This document shows positions 10,123 through 19,803 of a stretch of DNA of 64,000 nt, one piece after another. The notes under the pieces are model-generated. The model did not search any database and was not told where the DNA came from. It worked only from the letters and a program-made list of their open reading frames with translations. Location: positions 17,838-81,837 of the IMG/VR virus record IMGVR_UViG_3300020048_002392; one strand, given 5' to 3'. The stretch is from a virus. Made by a program: the position numbers and the translations under genes. How positions within the stretch are numbered: position 1 is the first letter of the stretch; every line of letters starts with the position of its first letter.

Positions 10123-13100
10123 ATGCCAATTCGCACTGATCTTAACGAACCACCGTATTATGATGACTATGATATTACAAAACAGTATCATAGAATTCTA
10201 TTTAGACCCGGTTACGCTCTTCAAGCAAGAGAGTTAACTCAACTTCAAACTATATTACAGAACCAAGTTGAACAATTTGGTGATAATATTTTTAAAGAAG
10301 GTTCTATCATAAAGGGTTGTAACTTCACTGAGCTATCTTCATTAAAATATGTGAAGGTTGCAGATACTGGATTGGACGTTACACAATATGTTGGCGGCGT
10401 TAACGAAACTACTGGCGTAGAAACATTCTATGAACTTCAAGGACAAACTACAGGTCTTCGTGCGCTAGTCATTGCTGCAGCTTTTGGTTTTGAAACTAAC
10501 GATCCTGACTTAAGTACTTTCTTTATCAACTACCTCAACACAAGCTCTACGCAAGAAAAAGTTTTTGACCAAGGTGAAACGCTGGATGTTTACAGATACA
10601 CTATTACTGATGACGTTACGAGTGCAGGTGTAAAGGTTACAGAATTTCCAGTTACAACAAGATCAAACCACGTTGGTAATTCATTTGGTGTAGACTCAGC
10701 AGTTGGTATTGTGTATCAAAAGGGACACTTCCTCTTTGCAAAGCAGCAGACAGTAATTCTAACAAAATACACAAATGTTCCTGACGGCATTTCAGTAGGT
10801 TATAGAGTTCGCGAGAGTCTTATTACCTCTCTTACAGATGCTAGCCTATATGATAATTCAATTGGAGCGCCAAACCAAAACGCACCTGGCGCAAATAGAC
10901 TAAAGTTGGAACCAATACTCGTTGCGATCCCGACTACAGAAGCGAATGGTGATGAGACATTCTTTACACTCGCAAGATATGTAAACGGTGTTGCTGTTCA
11001 AACGCGCGACGTATCTCAGTATAACGTTCTTGGCGAAGAGATGGCTAGAAGAACGTTTGAAGAATCTGGCAACTACATCGTAAAAGGTTTAAAGACAAAG
11101 ATCGTAGACAGAAACGGTCTTAAAGCTTCTATCGGACCTGGCGTTGCATACGTTAAAGGTTTCAGAGTAGAAAATAAAGGTGAGATATTTGTTGATGTTG
11201 ATCAGATTGGATTGACTGAAACTGTAATACAACAGAATCAGCCAGTGTCGTTTAATTACGGCGGATATGTGGATATAGCCAACAACTTTACTATAGGCAC
11301 ATTGCCGGTTTCAAACTATACAACTGCAGATCTAAAGAATATAGGTGGGACCACAATAGGTACTGCGTTTGTAAGAAACTATACACCTGGTAGAGTGTAC
11401 CTTTCAAACATACGTATGGGTGCAAATAATTTCTCTAGCGTAGTATCAATAGCAGGTGCAGCAGGATCCGTCCCAATAGCGCCAGTTATCAAACAGAAGA
11501 GTAATGACGTTCTTATATTTGACGCAGGCGAGACATTCATAAAATCTATTACTGATATAAGTCTTCCAGTAAGAAAAACAAGATCCCTCACCGGCATTAC
11601 CGACACGATAACGCTAGTTGCATTAACTGGTGAAGATTTTACAGTTCAGCAAGATGATATACTTATCGTAGATTCTACAAATGATAATCTAGTAATAAGC
11701 AGTATTACAAAGTCAGTAGATAATACAACATTAACTATAAACTTAGTACCTGGTCAAACACCAGCTGCGACTGGCACGATATATTATAATTCAAAGATAC
11801 AAATTACAGAACCGCATAATAAATTAGACAAGACGTTATATGTTAAAGCAACGTACGCGATAGGTACCACTTCGTATTGTCTCGGCTTCCCAGATGTATA
11901 CCAAATAGTTTCTATAACCGATAGTGCAGGCAGCAATGTAACTAATAGTTTTAGACTTAAGCCAAATCAGCAGGACCATTTCTACGACTTATCATATATA
12001 GAATATATTCCTGGAAGACCGGTTCCTGCATCTGGTCTCATGACTATTGCGCTAAAGGCATTCAAAGTTGATACAGCAACAGGTTCTTACTTCTTTACAG
12101 CGGATAGTTACCCTAATACTATCGATCTTAGCCTAATACCTTCATATAGATCTTCTTCAGGTGTAAACTTTAATCTAAGAAACTGCATGGATTTTAGACC
12201 ACACGCAGCAAATACAGTTTCATATACTTCTGCTGAAGTTTCAGGTACTGCGCCAACAGTGAGTACTGCAGTAGGAGCAGCTCCTACGTTCACAGGCTCT
12301 TTCATAGTCCCAGCTCTTAATTCTGCAGCCACCGTTGATTATGAATACTACCTAAACAGAACAGACGTTATCACTATAGACTCATATGGCAAGTTTTCTG
12401 CAACAAAAGGAAAAGCTAGCTTAAAGTCATACGCTCCTACTATCGAAGATGATAGGCTTGTAATATCCGAAATATATGTTCCTGGGTATCCAGCGATTAC
12501 TTCTGATAGAGCATCACTTGAGAATAAGCCAGAGCTTGCAGTAAAAACAAAGTCTCTTGGTACTAAAGTGTACACTATGAAGGACATACAGAACATTGAC
12601 AAAAAGATTAGTCAGTTATTCTACTATATGTCCGTTTCGTTGTTAGAAGCTACAACAGAAAACATGAATATCACAGATGAAAGTGGAATACCTCGCTTTA
12701 AGAATGGCATCCTCGTCGATCCATTCAACGATCTTTCTATCGCGGATGTTAAGAATAACGAATTTAATGCAGCTATAGATTTCACAGAAAAATCTCTAAC
12801 TCCGGCTGTAAAAACTATTCCATTGAACCTAAAGTACAAAGCTTCATCGAATACAACGCTGCATCCTAGCACAACAGAAATTGATATTGCAACATTAGAA
12901 ACTGTTACGAATATACCAGTCATATCACAGACTTATGCAACTAATTTTAGAAACTGCGTAAGTAACTTCTATGATTATCTAGGGTCAGGTTTCTTATTCC
13001 CTGAATACGATGGCGCGTTTGACACAGTCACAGCGCCATCGCCAAACATCGATATAGATCTAGTTACGCCATTCATTGAATATACAGAAGCTCTTCAAGA

Positions 13101-15459
13101 ATTTATTCCACTTACTTCAACACAGTCTACACTCATTTCATCTCGCATAGCAGAAGTTGGAAGAACTACGAGTGGTAAGGGCAAAGGTAGAACAACATCT
13201 ATTACTACACAGCAAACCGACATCATACAGGATATCACCAGATCTCTTCAAGTATCTGAAGGTAATGTAAACGAACAGAACCTCGGCGAATTTGTTACAA
13301 ACTTTAACTTTAATCCTTTCATGAGATCAAGAGAAGTTAGAATCTTGATGAATGGTTTGAGACCTGACACGCGACATTACTTCTATTTCGATCGTCAAGA
13401 TGTTAATGCAAACGTTGTCCCAGGCTTGGTGCCATCATCAGACTCAGTAAGAGACATAGTAAGATCGAGTTCTGCTAACAATTCAGTTATTACAGACAGC
13501 AATGGTAGATTGGCAGCAATCTTTACAATACCGCCTGAAACATTCTATGTAGGTGATAGAACTCTATTGATCTCTGACGTTGATAATATCAACTCAGTAG
13601 ATTCAGCAGGGACTTCTGGCGGGGATATAGTCTATAGAGCGTATAACTTCTCAGTGAATAAGCAAGGACTAACTCTTACAACAAGAGAACCTGAGATTGA
13701 AGTAACTGAAACAATAACTCAAAGAACCGTTGTGAACAGACCAGTCACAGCAACTGTCAGACGAGGTCGTCGCATCGACCCTCTTGCACAGACATTCTTT
13801 ATTAAGTCCGCGATGGCTCGTGATGCAGACTCTCTATACGTATCAAGAATTGACCTCTTCTTTAAGAGAAAGAGTTTGTTGAATGGTGTTACTGTTATGT
13901 TAAGAGAAGTTTTAAACGGTTATCCTGCTCCAGAGATTATGCCGTTCTCAAAAGTCCACCTTAATCCAGCAGACGTACTAACTTCAGAAGATGGTTCGTT
14001 AGCAACTTCAGTTTTCTTTAAAGCGCCTGTGAGATTAGATGTAGAAAAAGAATACTCTGTAGTTATAATGCCGGACGCAGCAGACCCAGACTATCTAGTT
14101 TACACTGCAAAGGTAGGCCAAACGGATCTAACAACCGGTTCTCCAGTTGTAATGGACTGGGGTGATGGTGTTCTATTTACTTCTACGAACAACAGAGCAT
14201 GGCAATCATATCAAGACGAAGATCTTAAGTTTACACTTTACAGAAGAAACTTTGAAAAACCATCTGGTACATTGACTCTTACCAATGAAGACCACGAATT
14301 CCTTACAGTGTCTGCTATAACTGGCGATTTCCAGAGTGGAGAAACAGTATATGCTCTAAAGAACCACCTAGGTGCAACCGCGAACACAGTATCATTGGTG
14401 ACAGGCAATACGACTATAAGCGGCACATCGCTATCAGATACATATAACGTAAATGATTACTTGTATGTTGTGAGCGGCGCAAATGAAGACATATTCAAAG
14501 TGCTAGAGGTGTCTTCAGGTTCAATAGTTGTTGACAAACCTGCTAGATTTACCGGTTCATATGAAGGAAGACCTGCTGTAACCGGAAGGATCGTATACTA
14601 TAACAACAGATCCCCTGATATGATGGTCCTAGAAAACTCTTCTGCAAGTCTTACTAAGATTTTTTCAGCTAGTGATGTAGTTAACGGATTTACATCTGGC
14701 GCTTTTGCTACTGTTGCGTCAGTTGACAATATAGAATTAAGCTATATGCAGCCAATCATACTTAAGACAAATAACAACGTCACGGACGTATCAATGACCG
14801 GCACGTTTACAGATCCTGCAGATCCTAATACAACATACACAAGAAATATTCAGTTTAATGATAAGTCAGTGTATAACGAAAAGGGTTGCGTGATATACAG
14901 TAAATCGAATGGAGTAAAACCGTTCGACTTAATTCTAACTATGACTAACAGTTCAAATGAAACTGCGTCTCCATTTATTGACGTTGAAACTGCGACCATG
15001 TTAGCGTATCAGTATAAAGTAAGCGCAAACAACGAGAACACTTCTTCTTATGTCTCAAGAACGATTGAACTTGCAGAAAATCTAGACGCGGAAGATTTCT
15101 TACTCTACACTACTGCATATAGACCAATTAATACAAACATTAACGTGTATGTTAAGGCACAACACGCATCAGACCCAACTCAGTTTGAATTAAATAATTG
15201 GATACAATTGGAACTAGTAGAAGGAAACGAAGTATATTCTTCTTCTAGTAATCTAAACGATTTTAAAGAGTTTGTTTATAAATTACCTGAGGCCGAAAAG
15301 GTAGCAGGCGTTTTAACATATAGTAATGCATCAGGTACTTATTCTGGTTATAGAAAGTTTGCTGTTAAAATAGAGTTCATCGTGAACGAAGTTAATGGCA
15401 GAATTCCAATAGGCTCTGTTCCAAGATTACTCGATTATAGGGGGATTGCATTAACATGA
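10123..15459 (+). CDS. Large virion structural protein (VrlC/DUF4815-like)
   Basis: N-terminal LN..PYYDDY......RILFRPG..LQARELTQLQTILQ.Q, APGA.RLK, RFKNG..VDPF, DPLAQTF and W...Q.EDLKF.LYR motifs. 1778 aa. Confidence 0.8.
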   Translation: MPIRTDLNEPPYYDDYDITKQYHRILFRPGYALQARELTQLQTILQNQVEQFGDNIFKEGSIIKGCNFTELSSLKYVKVADTGLDVTQYVGGVNETTGVETFYELQGQTTGLRALVIAAAFGFETNDPDLSTFFINYLNTSSTQEKVFDQGETLDVYRYTITDDVTSAGVKVTEFPVTTRSNHVGNSFGVDSAVGIVYQKGHFLFAKQQTVILTKYTNVPDGISVGYRVRESLITSLTDASLYDNSIGAPNQNAPGANRLKLEPILVAIPTTEANGDETFFTLARYVNGVAVQTRDVSQYNVLGEEMARRTFEESGNYIVKGLKTKIVDRNGLKASIGPGVAYVKGFRVENKGEIFVDVDQIGLTETVIQQNQPVSFNYGGYVDIANNFTIGTLPVSNYTTADLKNIGGTTIGTAFVRNYTPGRVYLSNIRMGANNFSSVVSIAGAAGSVPIAPVIKQKSNDVLIFDAGETFIKSITDISLPVRKTRSLTGITDTITLVALTGEDFTVQQDDILIVDSTNDNLVISSITKSVDNTTLTINLVPGQTPAATGTIYYNSKIQITEPHNKLDKTLYVKATYAIGTTSYCLGFPDVYQIVSITDSAGSNVTNSFRLKPNQQDHFYDLSYIEYIPGRPVPASGLMTIALKAFKVDTATGSYFFTADSYPNTIDLSLIPSYRSSSGVNFNLRNCMDFRPHAANTVSYTSAEVSGTAPTVSTAVGAAPTFTGSFIVPALNSAATVDYEYYLNRTDVITIDSYGKFSATKGKASLKSYAPTIEDDRLVISEIYVPGYPAITSDRASLENKPELAVKTKSLGTKVYTMKDIQNIDKKISQLFYYMSVSLLEATTENMNITDESGIPRFKNGILVDPFNDLSIADVKNNEFNAAIDFTEKSLTPAVKTIPLNLKYKASSNTTLHPSTTEIDIATLETVTNIPVISQTYATNFRNCVSNFYDYLGSGFLFPEYDGAFDTVTAPSPNIDIDLVTPFIEYTEALQEFIPLTSTQSTLISSRIAEVGRTTSGKGKGRTTSITTQQTDIIQDITRSLQVSEGNVNEQNLGEFVTNFNFNPFMRSREVRILMNGLRPDTRHYFYFDRQDVNANVVPGLVPSSDSVRDIVRSSSANNSVITDSNGRLAAIFTIPPETFYVGDRTLLISDVDNINSVDSAGTSGGDIVYRAYNFSVNKQGLTLTTREPEIEVTETITQRTVVNRPVTATVRRGRRIDPLAQTFFIKSAMARDADSLYVSRIDLFFKRKSLLNGVTVMLREVLNGYPAPEIMPFSKVHLNPADVLTSEDGSLATSVFFKAPVRLDVEKEYSVVIMPDAADPDYLVYTAKVGQTDLTTGSPVVMDWGDGVLFTSTNNRAWQSYQDEDLKFTLYRRNFEKPSGTLTLTNEDHEFLTVSAITGDFQSGETVYALKNHLGATANTVSLVTGNTTISGTSLSDTYNVNDYLYVVSGANEDIFKVLEVSSGSIVVDKPARFTGSYEGRPAVTGRIVYYNNRSPDMMVLENSSASLTKIFSASDVVNGFTSGAFATVASVDNIELSYMQPIILKTNNNVTDVSMTGTFTDPADPNTTYTRNIQFNDKSVYNEKGCVIYSKSNGVKPFDLILTMTNSSNETASPFIDVETATMLAYQYKVSANNENTSSYVSRTIELAENLDAEDFLLYTTAYRPINTNINVYVKAQHASDPTQFELNNWIQLELVEGNEVYSSSSNLNDFKEFVYKLPEAEKVAGVLTYSNASGTYSGYRKFAVKIEFIVNEVNGRIPIGSVPRLLDYRGIALT

Positions 15460-15641
15460 TACGCGACGAAAGAACCAAAGCTTTAATAAACCCCGATGCG
15501 GACGCACTATATAAATATAAAGCGGAACGCGAAAAGAACCGCAAAATGATTAAGATAGAGAATGATCTAGAAAATCTTAATCGAAAAGTAGAAGCTTTAT
15601 CTAAACTTTTAGAAAATAGAACAGAGAAGAATAATGGCTAA
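15456..15641 (+). CDS. Small coiled-coil hypothetical protein
   Basis: 61-aa ORF (RD..TKALIN.D...Y) overlapping its neighbours in operon fashion. Confidence 0.6.
   Translation: MIRDERTKALINPDADALYKYKAEREKNRKMIKIENDLENLNRKVEALSKLLENRTEKNNG
15510..15517 (+). promoter_or_regulatory. T4-type late promoter TATAAATA
   Basis: Exact match ~120 bp before fibre gene 15634. Confidence 0.5.
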
Positions 15642-16977
15642 GTCAATAACTGAAGTAACTGCTAGTAACACCTTCCAAGTATGGCTTGATAAAACAAACG
15701 AAATTGTTGAAATTATAAACAACGATGTGCTTACAGCATCTCCGTCTGCAAATGGTGACATTACTATAGGTAATGCTACGTTAATTGGTAACCTAACTGC
15801 CAACAATATGATAGCAAGCGCGTTATTAAGAGCAGACACCATAAGCCCGCTAATAGGATCTACATCTATATTAAGCACAGCCTTATTCAATATAACTACG
15901 AGCCAAACCGTTCTTGAAAGACTTACTAGTGCAGTTGGTCCTAGAATGGCATTCACCGATGGTGCTGTTGAATGGCAAGCTGGTTTTGAAAACGCGTTAA
16001 ACAAAAACTTCGTTATTACTTCCGGTGGAACTTCAGTATTTAGAATCACCCCTACTGGTGACGTAGAGATAAATGGCACTGTTACCGCCGGTTCTGTTCA
16101 AGCTGCATCTGCAACCGCAAACACGTTAACTACTGCTAGAACTATTGCTGCTACAGGAGACATAACTTGGTCTGTATCATTTAATGGAGGAAGCAACGTT
16201 ACTGCGGCCGCTACGATACCAGTAAACTCTATAAGCAATACAAAGATAAGACAATCTGCCGGCCTTTCACTAGTAGGTCGCGCAGGAAGCACTCTAGGAG
16301 ATGTAGCCGACATAACATCGTCCGCCGATCATCAAGTGCTTAGAAGATCTGGCTCTACGATTGGATTTGGTGCAGTTGCATTAAACCAAGCTGCCGCAGT
16401 CACTGGAGTGTTGCCGGCAGCAAACGGCGGAACTGGTGCATCTGCGCTAACTGCAAATAAGTTGATGGTTGGAAACGGCGCCGCTGACGTATTAACACCA
16501 ACCGCACTTCATTGGGATGGAGTAAATACACGACTTGGTATTAATACAGTTACTCCGACTGAAAGACTTGAAGTAAACGGAAACGTTAAAGCAACGTTCT
16601 TTATTGGTACTGCTACGTCTGCTCAGTACGCCGACCTTGCAGAAAAGTTCTTACCTGAAACTGATTATGAAATTGGTACAGTCGTAATGATCGGTGGAAA
16701 CGCTGAGATTACCGACACCAAAAATATCGCTGACGTTGCTATCGGTGTTATTTCCGGAGAGCCTGCGTTCATGATGAACGAAACTCTTGCTGGCGGACAA
16801 TACGTTGCGCTAAAAGGTCGAGTTCCAGTTAAAGCAGTTGACACCGTAAGAAAAGGTGATATACTAATACCAGGGCCAAATGGTGTCGCACAGCGCGGAA
16901 TTAGAACGTCCTATAACAAATTTGGTATTGCTATAAGTGATTGGTCGGATGGATTCGTGGAGGCCGTTATATTATGA
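15634..16977 (+). CDS. Short tail fibre/baseplate fibre with C-terminal chaperone-like domain
   Basis: NTFQVWLDKTNEI N-terminus, LTTARTI, GVLP.ANGGTG and RLGINT..P..RLEVNG fibre motifs, and C-terminal YADLAEKF...GVIS..PAF.MN...VALKGRVPVK (autocleaved chaperone-type). Confidence 0.75.
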   Translation: MAKSITEVTASNTFQVWLDKTNEIVEIINNDVLTASPSANGDITIGNATLIGNLTANNMIASALLRADTISPLIGSTSILSTALFNITTSQTVLERLTSAVGPRMAFTDGAVEWQAGFENALNKNFVITSGGTSVFRITPTGDVEINGTVTAGSVQAASATANTLTTARTIAATGDITWSVSFNGGSNVTAAATIPVNSISNTKIRQSAGLSLVGRAGSTLGDVADITSSADHQVLRRSGSTIGFGAVALNQAAAVTGVLPAANGGTGASALTANKLMVGNGAADVLTPTALHWDGVNTRLGINTVTPTERLEVNGNVKATFFIGTATSAQYADLAEKFLPETDYEIGTVVMIGGNAEITDTKNIADVAIGVISGEPAFMMNETLAGGQYVALKGRVPVKAVDTVRKGDILIPGPNGVAQRGIRTSYNKFGIAISDWSDGFVEAVIL

Positions 16978-17450
16978 TATCCAGTGACGAGGTGTTTGCG
17001 TTTATTACGCAATCACTTCCATACGAACAAAGAATCGTTTCATATATTGATAAAAATAACTTACAGCACCAAGTAAATAAATTCTCAGATATACCGTCAC
17101 TTAATGAAATAACATTAAAGTTAGAAGGTATGGAAAAATATTCAAAAAGAATATGGGAACATTGTAAACTATTAGCAATTCAGAAAATGTTTACTGGTCC
17201 AGTATCTTGTCACCTATTCCTAGCACAGATAGGCTCTCCTTCATTTGGTAGGCACACCGATCCAGATGACGTTATAATATGGTGCACAGAAGGAATAAAA
17301 AGTTTGTATGTAGAGGATACCAAATACGATCTTAATCCAGGTTCATCTGTTTCTATACCTGCTAATACTCCACACGAAATTATTAATGAGCATAACTCAG
17401 TAATGTTAAGCTTTGGATTTGAACACTATTATATAGATAAGTTGGTATGA
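16974..17450 (+). CDS. JmjC/cupin-4 type Fe(II)/2OG oxygenase
   Basis: SFGRHTDPDDV...EG.K...L.PG....IP....H. The ATG at 16974 overlaps the upstream stop (ATGA). Confidence 0.75.
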   Translation: MISSDEVFAFITQSLPYEQRIVSYIDKNNLQHQVNKFSDIPSLNEITLKLEGMEKYSKRIWEHCKLLAIQKMFTGPVSCHLFLAQIGSPSFGRHTDPDDVIIWCTEGIKSLYVEDTKYDLNPGSSVSIPANTPHEIINEHNSVMLSFGFEHYYIDKLV

Positions 17451-18475
17451 ATTGGACATTTTACTTAAAAACAACAGAGACCTGTAATTTAAACTGTCTC
17501 CATTGTTTTACAAGCGGCACAAGTGGTGCTAAGATATATTGGAAGCCGGATCTTATAAAGGATTGGCTCAAAAGATTTAGAGAAGAAAATCCAAAGGAAA
17601 CTGATACTGCGCATTGCGAGTTTCATGGAGGAGAACCTTTTCTTGCTCCAGTTTCACAGATGCGAGAAGTCTGGCAGGAATGCAAAGATCTTTGGCCGAG
17701 TATGACTTGGGGTGTAACTACCAATCTAGTCTTCAAACTTACAGATGATCATATAGATTTTATTAAGGGCCCACTTGAAAACCGATTAGGTTCTTCTTGG
17801 GACCCTAAGATACGTTTTGCAAATAAGAAACAATATAATCTTTGGCATTCAAACATTAAGAGACTATTAAATGAAGGTGTAGTAGTTAGACTATTCATCA
17901 GTGTAACTAAAGATACTATCGATTACGAACCTATTGTATTACTGCGTTGGCTAAGAAGATTGGGTGTTCAAGAAGTTTCATTTGAAAGACTTACGAATAA
18001 TGGAAGCGCTAGAAAATCGCCAGGAATATTTCCAACCAACGTTGAAATAGATGAATGGTTTCTAAAGATGCACTTGCAGTCAGAAGCTGTAGGAGCAAGA
18101 GGTTGGTTTGAAAATGACTTCTTAGAAAATGTATATGCTAAGTTTGAAAAACAGTTGAACTCGTGTGGTACTTTCTGCAGGGACTGTGAGGAGAAGCTAT
18201 TCACGTTAAACCCAGACGGATCTATATCTGGGTGTCCAAATGCAGCGCCTGAATTCCAGTTCGGTCATTTAGAGGATGAAATAAAAGTTCTTCTTAAAAG
18301 TCCAAAGCGTATTATAAATATGATTGAAGAAAGAAGCAGAAACCCAAAGTGCTATACCTGCCCAGTCTTCCGTTTTTGTAACGGCGACTGTCACCAATTA
18401 GAATGGCAAGGTGACGTATGTGGTGCACCGAAGAGTTTGATGAGTCATATCGCAAAAGAAAAAGGTTTACTTTAA
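17447..18475 (+). CDS. Radical SAM/SPASM-domain enzyme #1
   Basis: CNLNCLHC, FHGGEP, and SPASM-like Cys set CRDC...DGSISGCPN...CYTCPVFRFCNGDC...C. Confidence 0.92.
   Translation: MNWTFYLKTTETCNLNCLHCFTSGTSGAKIYWKPDLIKDWLKRFREENPKETDTAHCEFHGGEPFLAPVSQMREVWQECKDLWPSMTWGVTTNLVFKLTDDHIDFIKGPLENRLGSSWDPKIRFANKKQYNLWHSNIKRLLNEGVVVRLFISVTKDTIDYEPIVLLRWLRRLGVQEVSFERLTNNGSARKSPGIFPTNVEIDEWFLKMHLQSEAVGARGWFENDFLENVYAKFEKQLNSCGTFCRDCEEKLFTLNPDGSISGCPNAAPEFQFGHLEDEIKVLLKSPKRIINMIEERSRNPKCYTCPVFRFCNGDCHQLEWQGDVCGAPKSLMSHIAKEKGLL
18313..18320 (+). promoter_or_regulatory. T4-type late promoter (TATAAATA) upstream of the 196-aa CHxxC-tail gene
   Basis: Exact TATAAATA about 155 bp before ATG 18476, inside the upstream rSAM gene. 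Similar placement is seen for the late promoters before gp8, VrlC and the fibre. Confidence 0.55.
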
Positions 18476-19066
18476 ATGGCAACTTTAACTAACCCGATTA
18501 ATAAACAGAATATAGTAGATAGATTTGCAGACTATGTAGTCGCAACTGGAAACTCTGGCATATCTTGGGGTACAAATAACCGCCCGCCATATTTCAATAC
18601 AACATACCTAGGTTTCGAACCATTTGGTGGAACTACGGGTGGAAAAGCAATAGAATCATCTGCAGCAAATATAACAGATGCTAATGTAACAGCCGCCACG
18701 ATATATAACGTACTAGTCGCTGAAACACAAAGATATAGTAACATTAGAAACTTGAGAGCTTTAGTTAATGTAACTGGCGCAGGCGGTAATACACCTATAG
18801 GCCCGGAAGTTCCTGGGGCACCAGGTATAATTTACGATGTCACTGCTAAAGCATATCTATCAACAGCATATAGACAAGCAACCATATCTCCAGCAAATGC
18901 TGGAGTTGCAGCAGCTCAAGTTGCTAGAAGTGCTAACCTAGAATCTTTTTATAATAATTTACGAACAACATATTCTACATATGGAAATACTACCGCTACT
19001 ATACAAGTGAACGTATGTCATTCTTCATGTCATACTTCTTGTCATGCAAATAGAGGTAGAAGGTAA
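18476..19066 (+). CDS. Putative virion protein / radical SAM substrate with C-terminal (C-H-x-x)3 tail
   Basis: Ala/Thr/Asn/Gly-rich 196-aa body with no Cys or His until the final CHSSCHTSCHANRGRR (19016-19063). Confidence 0.7.
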   Translation: MATLTNPINKQNIVDRFADYVVATGNSGISWGTNNRPPYFNTTYLGFEPFGGTTGGKAIESSAANITDANVTAATIYNVLVAETQRYSNIRNLRALVNVTGAGGNTPIGPEVPGAPGIIYDVTAKAYLSTAYRQATISPANAGVAAAQVARSANLESFYNNLRTTYSTYGNTTATIQVNVCHSSCHTSCHANRGRR

Positions 19067-19080
19067 AAGGAAGGAATATT

Positions 19081-19803
19081 ATGCAAGTTATTGAAACGAT
19101 TGCACCTATAAGTCTAGATCACTTAAAGGTCTACTTTACAGATAAGGAAACTCTATTTAAAATAAACTACGCAGATTCTGAATTAAAAGAAGATAAGTTA
19201 TTCGTATATCTATCGAATCTAGAACTACCGTGTGACCTAGTGTTTTCTTCAGATGAAGAAGTTATGGCTGCTGTAAAATCATATCTTTATTTTTCTCATA
19301 TTCTATCAGTGCCTATTCTTGAAAATCTAACTATTTCCTTATTACTACAATTTAAAGGAATAGGTGAAGATAAAATATGGCCAGAAGAATTCTTAAATGA
19401 AAATTCAGTTATACTAAATAGTTGGGTACAAAAGCTAGAATCTTTAACTCTTTACAATCTTTATACTGTTGATCTAGAAGATTTGAAAGATTATGTTAAA
19501 ACATTTAAAGAAGATAATACAAATTCTACTGAAGGTATAAACTTTGTTAGTTTGTTAAAAAATCCAAACTTTTATATGTTCTATAATAGTATAGATGAAA
19601 ACAACTTAACATATTATTCTACATATTTTGAAGAGTATATGTTTAAAGGATCTAATCTTTATAGCTACTGGGCAAACGAAAATAACCCAATGTTTATGTT
19701 AACTTGGTCGATAGTTTCTGGTGAATTAAATTATAAAGAATATTTCGAGAGCATTAAGAATGATGAGCAGGAGTTAGCTTTAAGTGTTTCACCTAGCTCA
19801 TAA
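19081..19803 (+). CDS. Hypothetical protein (radical SAM island)
   Basis: 240-aa ORF with AAGGA RBS. No recognisable motif. Confidence 0.7.
   Translation: MQVIETIAPISLDHLKVYFTDKETLFKINYADSELKEDKLFVYLSNLELPCDLVFSSDEEVMAAVKSYLYFSHILSVPILENLTISLLLQFKGIGEDKIWPEEFLNENSVILNSWVQKLESLTLYNLYTVDLEDLKDYVKTFKEDNTNSTEGINFVSLLKNPNFYMFYNSIDENNLTYYSTYFEEYMFKGSNLYSYWANENNPMFMLTWSIVSGELNYKEYFESIKNDEQELALSVSPSS

Noticed and set aside
419-16313. Short minus-strand ORFs across the baseplate genes
   Set aside because: Fully overlapped by well-supported + strand genes, with no motifs.
19016-19063. c-type heme-binding motif
   Set aside because: The spacing is CxxxCH in overlapping repeats, not canonical CxxCH. 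There is no signal peptide and no maturation genes.
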